Shown here in pieces: positions 9,534 to 21,192 of a stretch of 64,000 bases of DNA; positions within the stretch are counted from its first letter, which is position 1, and each line of letters starts with the position of its first letter. This DNA comes from Calditrichia bacterium. Its GTDB lineage: Bacteria; Calditrichota; Calditrichia; JAJRVZ01. The stretch spans positions 224,001 to 288,000 of the forward strand of contig CAWCNS010000007.1 of NCBI GenBank assembly GCA_963796965.1, in the 5' to 3' direction. The position numbers were made by a program, and so were the translations under genes. The notes below the pieces were generated by a model. The model did no database searches. It was not told where the DNA came from and worked only from the letters and a program-made list of their open reading frames with translations.

Positions 9534-12500
9534 ATGAATTCATCACAACCTAAAAAGATTTTAAAAGTTTTTGGATGGATTCTCGGGATACCGTTAATTC
9601 TCCTTCTTATCCTCGAAATTATATTTATTATTTATCAAGATGATATAGAGCGTGAATTAATTACATTTGTAAACGAATCTCAGAACGGTGAGATTATAAT
9701 CTCTTCTATAAGTTTTTCCCCTTTGTCTCACTTTCCCGACATCTCCTTACGATTAAATGATGTTCAATACTTTGAAACAAAAAGCAATCTGCGTAAGCCT
9801 GAAGAAAAGGCATTTTGCCATCTGAAGAAGTTTTATATTAGTCTGGACGTTATCGACTTATTAGGCGGGGATCTCGATGTATCAGAATTAACCCTCGAAG
9901 AGGGTACTTTATATATTGCCACCCAAGAGGATGGTAGCAACAATCTGACAAATCTATTCAGTATGCCCGATGATTCGAAAGAATATCACCAAAAGGACGA
10001 AAATGGAAAGACAGCTAATCTGCAATTAAATAAATTTACTCTGGAAGATATCCGACTCACCTATGAAAATAATATTTCTGAGTACAGGGCCGACATTTTT
10101 ATCACCAATTTCGAAAATCATCTTACTTTTGTGGATAAACAGCTCGACATAAAATTACAGCCACAGATTGAAATTATAAGCATTGGTAAAAAACAAAGAA
10201 CTTTTCTGGAAAACACAGAACTTCAAATGTTAATAAATTTCAAACTGGATCTCGACAGTTTAAGAGGCCATATTGATAAAAGTTGGATAAATATCGAAGG
10301 TGTAAATATAAACTTTGAGGGTCTGTTTAAAATTAAAGAGGAATATTATCTCGATCTCAATTTCACCTCTGCTATGAATGATCCATCGCTATTGTATTTC
10401 ATCTTTGACGATGACATCATTGAACAAAATATTCAGAACATCAGTACAGGTAGAATTTATTTTGATGGTTCCATTAGGGGGAATATTGGCGAAAATATGC
10501 CATTCATAGAAATATCATTTGGTGTGAACAGTCTACATTTAAAGATTCCTGACACTGAGCGCGAACTTAAAAATTTTAATTTTGATGGGTTTCTTTCGAC
10601 GGGATACAATCCGGATTTGAGCGATGCGAGCATTAAAATTAAAAATATACATAGCGAAGGGTCGGTAGTTATATCAACAGGTTTCATTGATATCCAGAAT
10701 TTTAAGCAACCTGAAATTAAACTTGATTTGGATGTCAATATCGATTTAAGAGGAATTGAAAGAATTTTTAGGTTTGTTAATACCCCGATATATTCTGGTG
10801 TCGCAAAAGTAAAGGGTGATGTATATGCAGTTTATGACATGACTGAGAAGAAAATTATTCAACAAAGGGGTGATGTTGAGGTAGAATTTGAAAATTTATC
10901 ATTTCTAATTGCCAATACAGGTCAGAAATGTGATAATTTGAAGGGCAAAATAAAATGGCGGGACAACAAGTTTCGGGTAGAAAACCTTGCCCTGAATGCC
11001 CCTCCTAGTGATTTTTTACTAAACGTCGAAATTACCAATCTTTTTAGTTATCTCCTCGGTTTTGATTCAGAAATTTCCACGAATATCAATCTTCAGGCAG
11101 AATCATTGGATTTTAATACGTTTTTTACAAATGAGGACGTTGGTCAGTGGATTTTAGATGAATTTTGCCGTGACGTTCATGTCGATATTGAATACATCAC
11201 AGACAGCAAAAAATTAAGGCAAGATTCTGAACTTCCACCAGGCTTGGTGAATATTAGAAATTTAAAGATTGACCTGAAGAATGTTTCGAATGTGGCTATC
11301 CGCCAGGGAGCCGTGACAATTAAACCTGATTTACTGGAAATTCGTAATATTCGTGCGAAAATTGCAGATAATGATATCCTTTTTTCTTCAGAAATCGATA
11401 ACTATAAGGATCTATTTCGAAATTACTTTTTGGATAGTTGCAAAATATCATTAAATCTGCGCAGTAATAAAATTAGATTAAAGGATTTCTCTACTTATAA
11501 AAATGAAAATTATTTACCGGAATTCTGGGAGGAAGCCTCTTATAAAGTCTTCAATCTGGATGCTTCTTTAGTCCTTCCACAGGAGCCGGACTCAGGTAGA
11601 ACTTCTGAGTATGAATTTAATCTGGATGTTAGAAATCTAAGTGGGGTCAATCCAAGAAACGAAGCAATTATAAGGAATTTAAGTGCAAATGTTCAGGATA
11701 CTGGATCAGATTTAATCTTCCATAATATCCTGGGTCAAATTGGCCAAACAAAAATAAAGAATACTAATCTGGATTTGATCAATCTCTTTCAAGACGATAG
11801 TGTTTTTTATATAAAGTTGGATCTCGACTGTAATTATCTGGACATAGAAGAATGGTTAGGCTATGTTCTGGATATTGATGCAGATAGTTCAGCCAGTACT
11901 GATCTACAAGATTCCCAAACTGATACGTATGATATCACGCATATCCCTGCCCTGGATATTAAAGCCTATGTCGATGATTTTCGTTATGGTGATATCAAAA
12001 TTTTAAATCTGGAGACAAATATATTTACAGAAAAAGAAAATAAATTATATAGGGATACCAGAGATAGTACCTGGTGGATACCGGATCTAAGTCTATTAGC
12101 TCAAATCGATTCTGATGGATTTAAAACACCATATTTTAATATACCAAGTACAAAGAATAAGCTGATATCAAAAAATGGCGTTCTGGAAATACTTCCCAAT
12201 TATCAGGGAATGTTTGGCGCTGAGGGAGCGGGCCATATTTGGTTGGATATGTCTAAAAAAAGACATAGTTATCGTCTCCAATACTCAATTAACAATTTTA
12301 AATTAGAGACTTTTCTAAGCCGCTTTGATCAGAAGCAGCGTATGAGCGGTATCGTACAGATGTCCATGGATCTGTTTTTAAAAGATGAAGATCTGACAAA
12401 ATTTAATGGTGATTTGCTACTTCGCGGTAAAGATATAACCGTTCACAATATCGATATAGATGAAGTATTGACCAGGTTTCAAAGAACCCAAAGTTTCAAT

Positions 12501-12938
12501 TTAGTGGATCTTAGTGCTTTCTTGCTGGCCGGACCAGCCGGGGCTCTTGTTACAAAAGCCTCAGATTATGCGATTTTGTTAAATGTAGATCCTACTAAAC
12601 AGAGTACGATAAAGGAATTTATGTCAGCCTGGAAAGTAAATGGTGGCGTTGTGATGGCAGAAGATGTAGCTCTCACGACTAGCAAAAGCCGAATTGCACT
12701 CAAAGGTGGTGTAGATCTCTATAAGGAAGAATTCGTTGAATTTACTTTAGGAGTTGTAGATAAAAATGGTTGCCCCTTGATTAGCCAAACCATAACCGGT
12801 AGCCTGTCAGATCCTCAATTAGCACAAATTAATGCGGCGAGCACAATTTTGGCACCTGTAACAAATGTGTTTAAACTGATAGCGGGAGTTGACTGTAATC
12901 CTTTTTATACGGGCTCACTGTCCCATCCAACCAATTAG
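9534..12938 (+). CDS. AsmA-like family protein
   Basis: N-terminal anchor, long beta-rich body, C-terminal TITGSLSDPQ. Confidence 0.75.
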   Translation: MNSSQPKKILKVFGWILGIPLILLLILEIIFIIYQDDIERELITFVNESQNGEIIISSISFSPLSHFPDISLRLNDVQYFETKSNLRKPEEKAFCHLKKFYISLDVIDLLGGDLDVSELTLEEGTLYIATQEDGSNNLTNLFSMPDDSKEYHQKDENGKTANLQLNKFTLEDIRLTYENNISEYRADIFITNFENHLTFVDKQLDIKLQPQIEIISIGKKQRTFLENTELQMLINFKLDLDSLRGHIDKSWINIEGVNINFEGLFKIKEEYYLDLNFTSAMNDPSLLYFIFDDDIIEQNIQNISTGRIYFDGSIRGNIGENMPFIEISFGVNSLHLKIPDTERELKNFNFDGFLSTGYNPDLSDASIKIKNIHSEGSVVISTGFIDIQNFKQPEIKLDLDVNIDLRGIERIFRFVNTPIYSGVAKVKGDVYAVYDMTEKKIIQQRGDVEVEFENLSFLIANTGQKCDNLKGKIKWRDNKFRVENLALNAPPSDFLLNVEITNLFSYLLGFDSEISTNINLQAESLDFNTFFTNEDVGQWILDEFCRDVHVDIEYITDSKKLRQDSELPPGLVNIRNLKIDLKNVSNVAIRQGAVTIKPDLLEIRNIRAKIADNDILFSSEIDNYKDLFRNYFLDSCKISLNLRSNKIRLKDFSTYKNENYLPEFWEEASYKVFNLDASLVLPQEPDSGRTSEYEFNLDVRNLSGVNPRNEAIIRNLSANVQDTGSDLIFHNILGQIGQTKIKNTNLDLINLFQDDSVFYIKLDLDCNYLDIEEWLGYVLDIDADSSASTDLQDSQTDTYDITHIPALDIKAYVDDFRYGDIKILNLETNIFTEKENKLYRDTRDSTWWIPDLSLLAQIDSDGFKTPYFNIPSTKNKLISKNGVLEILPNYQGMFGAEGAGHIWLDMSKKRHSYRLQYSINNFKLETFLSRFDQKQRMSGIVQMSMDLFLKDEDLTKFNGDLLLRGKDITVHNIDIDEVLTRFQRTQSFNLVDLSAFLLAGPAGALVTKASDYAILLNVDPTKQSTIKEFMSAWKVNGGVVMAEDVALTTSKSRIALKGGVDLYKEEFVEFTLGVVDKNGCPLISQTITGSLSDPQLAQINAASTILAPVTNVFKLIAGVDCNPFYTGSLSHPTN

Positions 12939-13034
12939 TGACAACTTTGATAAAGTTTGTGCTAGTGTATAGAAATGTAGAAACATTAACACAATTACGT
13001 TACAAAGGTGAGGAGAAAATAGAGGAGCCCTGAT

Positions 13035-13991
13035 ATGTCAGGTATTTCCCGGCGTAGGTTTGTCAATTACTCCACAATAGGGGTAGCGAATTTATCGTTT
13101 ATAGTAAAAGGGTTAAGTAAGATGACTTTAAAAAAAAATATTCTCTTACGACTTGGAGGACCAATTTTTACAGAAGTCTCCCATGATCCGCCTCTATGGG
13201 TAAGAGTCCACCGAGATTGGGGGTATAGTGCTGCCTACTGTCCAGTGAAAGCTGATGCACCAATAGAGTTAATCAGATCCTTTGTAAATGAGGCGAAGAG
13301 GTCCAACTTAATTATTGCTGAGGTCGGTGCCTGGAGCAATCCGATTAACCCAGATGAAGAAGAGAGAAAAAAAGCCATTGCACATTGTGTTGAGCAGCTC
13401 GAACTTGCCGAACGTATCAATGCCAGATGTTGTGTTAATATTGCCGGTTCACGGAATAAGGAAAAATGGGACGGTGCTCATCCGGACAATTTAACTCAAG
13501 AGACGTTTGATTTGATTGTAGAAACAACACAAAAAATCATTGACGCTGTGAATCCTAAACGAACGTACTTTACTCTTGAAACTATGCCCTGGATATTTCC
13601 TAACTCCATCGATTCTTATGTAAATTTGATTCAAAAAATCAACCGGAAAAGATTTGCTGTTCATTTTGATCCGGTAAATCTTATGAACTCGCCGGAAAGA
13701 TACTTCAATAATGGCGCAATTATAAAAGAAGCATTTAAAAAATTGGGTTCCTATATTAAAAGTTGTCATGGAAAAGACACAATTTTAGATCAACGATTAA
13801 CCACTCATTTAAGTGAAACTGATCCTGGTCTGGGAAATCTCGATTATAGCATATATCTAAGAGAGTTGAGTAAATTACCTGATGTCCCTCTAATGCTCGA
13901 GCACATGAAAGAACCGGAGCAATACATAAATGCAGTAAAATATGTAAATGGCGTGGCATCTGACAATGGCTTAGATTTATTAAAAATTTGA
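13035..13991 (+). CDS. Sugar phosphate isomerase/epimerase (TIM barrel) with Tat-like signal
   Basis: SRRRFV, LETMPW, HFDPVN, CHGKD, MLEH. Confidence 0.85.
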   Translation: MSGISRRRFVNYSTIGVANLSFIVKGLSKMTLKKNILLRLGGPIFTEVSHDPPLWVRVHRDWGYSAAYCPVKADAPIELIRSFVNEAKRSNLIIAEVGAWSNPINPDEEERKKAIAHCVEQLELAERINARCCVNIAGSRNKEKWDGAHPDNLTQETFDLIVETTQKIIDAVNPKRTYFTLETMPWIFPNSIDSYVNLIQKINRKRFAVHFDPVNLMNSPERYFNNGAIIKEAFKKLGSYIKSCHGKDTILDQRLTTHLSETDPGLGNLDYSIYLRELSKLPDVPLMLEHMKEPEQYINAVKYVNGVASDNGLDLLKI

Positions 13992-14154
13992 TGGTTTTGA
14001 AATAGTTGCAGTGAAATCAGGAGACGAAAAATTTGATCCTGACTTTGTTGGGATTATCATATTGAAAAATAAAATGTTTTGGGATCATATGATACAAACT
14101 CAAAATATATAGTCATTATCCCTTAAATTATGATCAATAATTGAAAGGTATGAT

Positions 14155-15045
14155 TTGAAAAAACGATTTGCTGTGGCTGGTTTGGGTGAAATTCTATGGG
14201 ATCTGTTACCAGCAGGTAAAATTTTAGGAGGTGCTCCCGCAAATTTTGCTTATCATGCTCAATCTTTGGGAGCAGAAAGCTTTGTTATCAGTGCGATCGG
14301 AGATGATAGTCTCGGAAAACAAATATCAGATAAATTAACTCAGATAAATTTATCCACTTCAAATATTTCGATTGATAAGGAATATCCTACCGGTACGGTT
14401 GAAGTCCATATAGACCCGGTGGGAGTGCCGGAATATGTTATACACACCAATGTTGCCTGGGATTTTATTCCTCGATCGAAAATTAATCTGAATTTGGCAA
14501 AAGAGCTGGATGCCATTTGTTTCGGTAGTCTGGCACAAAGATCTCCGGTATCACATGAATCAATCAAAAAGATTATCAGAGAAACACGACAAGACTGCCT
14601 GAAAATATTTGATATCAATATCCGTCAGTCATTTTATACTAAAGAAACAATTGAAACCAGTTTAAAAATCTCTAACTGTTTAAAACTTAATGAAAGTGAG
14701 TTGTCGCTATTAACTGACATGTTCTCTATCAAAGGCAATGAAACGAGTATAATTGATAGATTCATGAATAATTTTAATCTCGAGTTAATTGCCCTTACAA
14801 AGGGCAAAAATGGCAGTGTGCTCTATACACCCTCAACACATTCAAAGATGGCTTCACCAATTGTTCAGGTCGAAGACACTGTCGGAGCGGGCGATGCCTT
14901 TACATCTGCTTTATGTATAGGCTTATTAAACAATCATCCCTTAAGAATAATACATCAAGATGCCACGAACATAGCCGCTTTTGTTTGTACGCAAAAAGGG
15001 GCTACACCGGTGCTTCCAAATAATTTAGAAATGGAGAATAAATGA
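14155..15045 (+). CDS. PfkB-family carbohydrate kinase (fructokinase-like)
   Basis: GEILWD, GGAPANFA, DTVGAGDAF. Confidence 0.92.
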   Translation: MKKRFAVAGLGEILWDLLPAGKILGGAPANFAYHAQSLGAESFVISAIGDDSLGKQISDKLTQINLSTSNISIDKEYPTGTVEVHIDPVGVPEYVIHTNVAWDFIPRSKINLNLAKELDAICFGSLAQRSPVSHESIKKIIRETRQDCLKIFDINIRQSFYTKETIETSLKISNCLKLNESELSLLTDMFSIKGNETSIIDRFMNNFNLELIALTKGKNGSVLYTPSTHSKMASPIVQVEDTVGAGDAFTSALCIGLLNNHPLRIIHQDATNIAAFVCTQKGATPVLPNNLEMENK

Positions 15046-17559
15046 AATATTTTGATTATACCATCATTGCATTAAGTGCATGCCTATTGCTTGCTTTTAT
15101 AGGGTGTAAAACAAAGCCATCCCATTGGAAACCTGCTTCAGGTCCATTATTTTCAAAATTTGCTAAAGATCTTGCACCAGATTCAGTTCTTCAGGAATAT
15201 CCACGTCCGCAACTAGTTAGAAAAGATTGGTTAAATCTTAACGGCCTTTGGGAATATGCAATCGTCCGTTCAGGTGACGCCCAACCCGAAGAATATGACG
15301 GTAAAATTTTAGTTCCTTTCCCAATTGAGTCAGCTTTGTCAGGTGTTATGGAACGTGTTGGTGATAAAAATGAACTATGGTATAGGAAAACATTTAAGAT
15401 TCTGGACCAATGGATGGATGACGATAATCGCGTCATACTAAATTTTGGCGCTGTTGATTGGGAAGCAACGGTCTGGTTGAATGGGAAATTAGCCGGTAAC
15501 CATAAGGGTGGGTATGATGCCTTTAGTTTTGATATAACGGATTATCTTTTACCAGCACAAGCACAGGAATTGGTGATAAAGGTTTGGGACCCGGTTGATA
15601 AAGGCACACAACCCAGGGGGAAACAAGTTAGTAATCCACATGGCATATGGTATACATCTGTAACCGGGATATGGCAGACTGTATGGATTGAGCCGGTTAA
15701 CGAAACGCATATTGAATCTATCAAATTATCACCAAACATCGATCAAGCCAGATTAGAAATTGATCTATCCATATCGGGAGAAAAGCAGAGGAGATTTAAT
15801 TGTATCAAGTATTTTTCTTGATGGCCGTGAGCTCTCCCAGGTACATACAAAACCTGGAAATTCAATTTATTTTGATATTGAAGATCAACAGTTATGGACA
15901 CCCGATTCTCCGACACTTTATGATTTAGAAATTAAGTTGGTAAATACTGATGGAACTGTAATAGATAAGGTTCAGAGTTATGCGGGTATGCGCAAAATAT
16001 CAATTGAAAAATATGGAAGTAAATCACCGCGAATGTTTTTAAATAATGAATTTGTTTTCCAGGTCGGGCCTCTGGACCAGGGTTGGTGGCCGGATGGACT
16101 GTATACGGCCCCAACGGATGAAGCTTTAAGATACGATATCGAGATTACAAAGAAACTGGGTTTTAACATGGCCCGAAAGCATGTAAAAGTAGAACCAGCC
16201 AGGTGGTATTATTGGTGTGATAAATTAGGACTCCTTGTCTGGCAGGATATGCCCAGCGGTGATGCGTATATTGGCCGGAATGATCCGGATATTAAACGTT
16301 CTCCCCAATCTGCGGCCCAATTTGAAATGGAATTAAAAAATGTGATCACACAATTCGGGAATCATCCGAGTATCGTGGTATGGGTACCCTTTAATGAAGG
16401 GTGGGGGCAATATGATACGGGAAGAATTGTAGATTACATTAAAACAATCGACCCCTCCAGATTAGTAATCAATACCAGTGGATGGTCTGACAGAGGAGTT
16501 GGCGATATTCATGATATCCATGCCTATCCGGGGCCTGCGATGCCCGATCCTGAAAAGAAGAGGGCGATTGTATTGGGTGAATTTGGTGGACTTGGCTTAC
16601 CACTCGAAGGTCATACCTGGCAAAACTCCAATAATTGGGGATACAGGAGTTATAAAAATGCCGATGAACTTACTTTGGCCTATACCAATCTGTTCCGCGC
16701 TCTTCTGCCAATGGTTGGTAAGGGGCTCTCTGCTGCTGTATATACGCAGACAACTGACGTAGAAGTTGAGGTGAATGGTTTAATGACCTATGATCGTGCT
16801 GTCATAAAAATGGATTCGGAGAAGGTTAATCGCATTAATCAGGGATTTTTGCCACCCGTTATTAAATCTGATCACGATATTTTTATATCTTCTATGGCTA
16901 TAACCTTTTCAAATGTAATTCAGGATGGCCAGATTCATTACACTCTTGATGGGTCAGAACCAACCAAGCAATCCCCGGTTTACACCAAGCCTGTCATTAT
17001 AAAAAAGACACAAATGGTCCGTGCATTTACAGCCTTTAATGATGGTACCAGTAGCGATGTCGCAGAAAAGAAGTTGGAAAAAGTCAAATTGAATGATCCT
17101 GTATTGGTTGATGCCCCGAAACCTGGTTTGTCATGTGCCTATTATGAATATGAGGATCAAGGCTTGCTAAAACTGCCAATTTTCGAAAGTTTGGAGGTGA
17201 AAGCGGAACAAATTACAAAAAATATTGGAATTCATCTGGCCAAACGTGACGAATATTTTGCTTTACAGTTTAAAGGATTTCTTAATATTTTGAAGGATGG
17301 TGTCTATACATTTTATTCAAATTCTGATGATGGATCACAATTATTTATTCAGAATCAATTGGTCGTGGATAATGATGGTACCCATGGTATGATAGAAAAA
17401 TCAGGGGCGATTGCTTTAAAAAAAGGCTTTCATGTTTTTCAGCTGAATTACTTTCAGGGGCGCGGAAAAGGGGAGAGTGGCAAGGGATTGCAGGTCCGTT
17501 TCAGCGGACCTGGTATTGCTAAGCAGGAAATTCCTTCTTCAGTACTTTTTAGGAGATAA
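15042..17559 (+). CDS. Glycoside hydrolase family 2 lipoprotein with C-terminal Fn3/chitobiase-like and PA14 domains; one apparent frameshift near 15790
   Basis: EYPRPQL, LNGLWEY, GIWQTVW, RKHVKVEP, WVPFNEGWGQ, IHYTLDGSEPT, SDDGSQL..DNDGTHG across two overlapping ORFs. Confidence 0.88.
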
Positions 17560-17915
17560 ATAGTTGCTTTTAAGAGAGTTCCCATTTTTACTAAAATAGT
17601 GCAAGATTTAAAAATATCATTATCGCCATTCTATAGAAGCCTTAAATTGCCGTGGATGCAAAAAGGGTATGAAGATGGTATGTGGGGATAATCGATGATG
17701 TTATTTAATTGAATTATTATTAGTTGCGAATTGTTATTCACGTAATGCTGTTAATTTAAACATTCTCGCTATATTTCTTATTTTTATCCATTTTTATATC
17801 AATCTTAGATTATTTATTATACTTCCACCTTGATTATTTAGGAATCAAACAGAAAAATCAATTGATTTTGGAATGGAAAGCAGTTAAATTTACTACTTAT
17901 TTATTAATAGCTTAG

Positions 17916-17994
17916 GGGACGGTAGCTCAGTTTTGGTTAGAGCGCTACGTTGACATCGTAGAGGTCGTGAGTTCAAGTCTCGCTCGTCCCACCA
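17916..17994 (+). tRNA. tRNA-Val(GAC)
   Basis: Cloverleaf: acceptor GGGACGG/TCGTCCC, anticodon arm CTACG-TTGACAT-CGTAG, T-loop TTCAAGT, encoded CCA. Confidence 0.96.
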
Positions 17995-17996
17995 TG

Positions 17997-18030
17997 ACCA
18001 CGGGTAGAATCGTTGCCCGTGGTTTGTATT
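17997..18030 (+). terminator. Hairpin/terminator after the tRNA
   Basis: ACCACGGGTA...TGCCCGTGGT then TTGTATT. Confidence 0.55.
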
Positions 18031-18061
18031 ATTATTAAAGATTTAAAGCAGATTTAAAAAA

Positions 18062-19997
18062 ATGTCCAGTTCGAATAACAGTATTGAGATTACTTTTCCT
18101 GATGGTGCTTCTAAGGAATATGCCTCTGGTGTGCATCCTCTCCAGATTGCGAACGGAATTAGTCCGGGATTAGCAAAAAGGGCAATCGCAGCCAAAATAA
18201 ATGACAGGGTTGTCGGATTAGAAGAACCTGTTGATGAGTCTGGAGAAATACAAATTCTAACTTTTGATGATGATGAGGGTAAAGATGTTTTCTGGCATTC
18301 AAATGCACATTTAATGGCCCAGGCTGTTAAACGATTATTTCCGGAAGCAGAGTTGGGCATCGGGCCCCCTATAATGATGGTTTTTATTATGATATTGATT
18401 TAGATAAAATGCTGACGCCTGAGGATTTTGATGCTATAGAGGCCGAGATGGAAAAGATAGTAGATGAAGATTTGAGTGTCTCCCGGCAGAATTTGAACCG
18501 GGATCAGGCGATAAAATTTTTTAAAGAGCGCAATGAAAATCTGAAGATTGATCTGATTCAGGACATTGAAGAGGATCTAAGGCCTATACTCAGGGCGAGT
18601 TTACAGATTTATGTCGTGGCCCCCACATATCTTCTACCGGGAAATTAGGTAAAAATTTTAAACTACTCTCTGTTGCAGGTGCATATTGGCGTGGTGATGA
18701 AAACAATAAAATGCTCCAGCGTCTTTATGCGACGGCATATCCGGATAGAAAGCAATTAAAGCAGCATCTCTATCGAATTGAAGAAGCAAAGAAAAGAGAT
18801 CACCGTAAATTGGGAAAAGAGCTGGATCTTTTTTCAATTCAGGATGAAATAGGTGGCGGATTTATCCTCTGGCATCCTAAAGGTGCTGTTATTAGAAATA
18901 TTATAGAAAATTTTTGGAAAAATGAACATTTTAAAAATGGGTATGAGTTAGTGTACACCCCACATATAGCAAAATTGCAACTCTGGGATAGAAGCGGCCA
19001 TACCAACTACTATAAAGAAAATATGTATGCGTCAGTTCCGGTTGAAAATGCTGAATATCAGTTAAAACCAATGAATTGTCCGTTTCATATGACCATATAT
19101 AACTCAAAGATCCGTAGTTATCGAGATTTGCCTGTTCGATTTGCTGAATTGGGTACTGTATATCGTTATGAAAGATCTGGTGTCTTGCATGGATTGATGC
19201 GCGTCAGGGGATTTACTCAAGACGATGCTCACATATATTGCACCCCAGACCAGTTAACCGAGGAGATACAGCGCGTATTAAATTTTACTATGTTTATGCT
19301 TGGGACTTTTGGATTTGAAGAATATGATGTTTACTTGTCTACGAGACCGGAAAAATATGTCGGTTCTATCGATAAGTGGGACGAAGCCACCGAGGCTTTG
19401 CGAATGGCCCTGGAGAATAATGATATAAATTATAAAATTGATCCAGGTGAAGGTGTTTTTTATGGTCCTAAGATCGATATAAAAATTCATGATGTTCTGG
19501 GGCGATCCTGGCAATGTACTACCATCCAGGTCGATTTTAATTTACCGGAAAAATTTAATATCGAATATGTTGATTCAGATGGTGCATATAAACAGCCGAT
19601 TACTATTCACCGTGCTTTACTGGGCTCTCTGGAGCGCTTTTTTGGGATATTAATCGAACATTATGCAGGAAATTTTCCTTTGTGGTTGACGCCGACACAG
19701 GTTAAAATATTACCAATTGCGGACCGGCATTTTGAAATGGCGAAAGAAATTGATAACTTTCTTAAAATGCATAATATTCGAGTGGAAACCGACATCAGAA
19801 ATGAGAAAATTGGATTCAAAATTAGGGAAGCGGAAGTCGAGAAAATACCTTATATGATCATTATTGGAGATAAAGAAGTTGAGTCTGGTCAACCCTCTGT
19901 AAGAAGAAAGGGTAAAGGTGATTTGGGGGCAATGTCCCGTGAATATTTATTAGAAAAAATGCAGTTGGAAATTAATAATAAAGAAATTGTAAACTAG
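18062..19997 (+). CDS. thrS: Threonyl-tRNA synthetase (apparent frameshifts near 18375 and 18580)
   Basis: TGS N-terminus, [44 protein letters not shown]. Confidence 0.96.
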
Positions 19998-20012
19998 CTG
20001 AAGGAGCGTGAC

Positions 20013-20523
20013 ATTAAAAAAACAAAAACCAGAATTAATACGCAAATCACAGCACCCGAGATAAGATTGATAAGTTCTGATGGGCAGCAGGTGGGTCTCG
20101 TTCCATCAGAGGAAGGTATCAAGATGGCCGAGCAAGAAGGCCTTGATCTCGTCGAGATTTCGCCAGATGCAAAGCCGCCTGTATGTAAAGTGATGGATTA
20201 TGGTAAATTCAGGTATGAAATAAGAAAAAAAGAAAAAGATAGTAAGAAAAAACAACATGTCATTATCGTAAAAGAGATTCGACTCAGACCCCGGACTGAA
20301 GATCACGATCTTGAATTTAAGATTAAGCATGCCCGAAAATTTCTTGAACAGAAAAATAAAGTAAAATTTACAGTTATGTTCAGGGGGCGTGAGATGGCCT
20401 ATAAAGAATTTGGGGAAGAACTCTTAGATAGGGTGGTTGAGAATCTTGAAGATATTGCAAAAATAGAAGACTGGTAAAAAACTTGAAGGTCGTCGCTTGA
20501 CGATGACTTTGATACTTAAGTAA
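20013..20523 (+). CDS. infC: Translation initiation factor IF-3 (ATT start; apparent frameshift near 20470)
   Basis: SD AAGGAG then in-frame [27 protein letters not shown]; the C-terminus [11 protein letters not shown] is in another frame. Confidence 0.95.
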
Positions 20524-20545
20524 TAAGTTAGAAGGGATAGATATA

Positions 20546-20740
20546 ATGCCAAAGATGAAATCAAACAGGGGAGCAGCAAAGAGGTTTAGGGTAACAAAAA
20601 GCGGTAAAATTAAACGCCATAGCTCCCATCACAGTCATATTTTAACAAAGAAGACACCTAAAAGAAAAAGAAATCTGAGAAAAGAAAGTCTTGTTGCAAA
20701 ATCAGATGTAAAACGTGTACACAAAATGATTTTGCAATAA
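20546..20740 (+). CDS. rpmI: 50S ribosomal protein L35
   Basis: [14 protein letters not shown]; synteny with infC and rplT. Confidence 0.97.
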   Translation: MPKMKSNRGAAKRFRVTKSGKIKRHSSHHSHILTKKTPKRKRNLRKESLVAKSDVKRVHKMILQ

Positions 20741-20768
20741 TTTATAGATAGGAAGGAGTCGTGGTAGT

Positions 20769-21116
20769 ATGCCAAGGGCAACCAATAACGTAGCAGCGAG
20801 ACAGAGAAGGAAAAAGGTGCTGTCCGCAGCAAAAGGATATCGCCTCGGTAAAAGCCGTTTATATAAGACGGCAAAAGATCAGGTAGAGAAATCATTACTC
20901 TACGCATATCGGGACCGACGCACGAAGAAAAGAAACTTCAGGAAATTGTGGATCGCGCGAATTAATGCAGCATGCAGGCAATATGGCATGTCTTATTCCG
21001 TATTTATGCATAAATTATCTGAAAAAAATATTGAATTGGATCGCAAAGTTTTAGCCGATTTGGCCGTAAAAAGTCCACAGGCATTTGAAGATCTGGTGAA
21101 AGAAGTTAGTGCTTAA
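20769..21116 (+). CDS. rplT: 50S ribosomal protein L20
   Basis: YAYRDRR...[12 protein letters not shown]. Confidence 0.97.
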   Translation: MPRATNNVAARQRRKKVLSAAKGYRLGKSRLYKTAKDQVEKSLLYAYRDRRTKKRNFRKLWIARINAACRQYGMSYSVFMHKLSEKNIELDRKVLADLAVKSPQAFEDLVKEVSA

Positions 21117-21139
21117 TTGCACATATTCTAACTAAACAG

Positions 21140-21176
21140 AAAGGGAAGTGTGCATTTTGTCACTTCCTTTTTTTTA
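21140..21176 (+). terminator. Rho-independent terminator after rplT
   Basis: GGAAGTG...CACTTCC followed by a T-run. Confidence 0.8.
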
Positions 21177-21192
21177 ATCCCGCAGGATTGTA

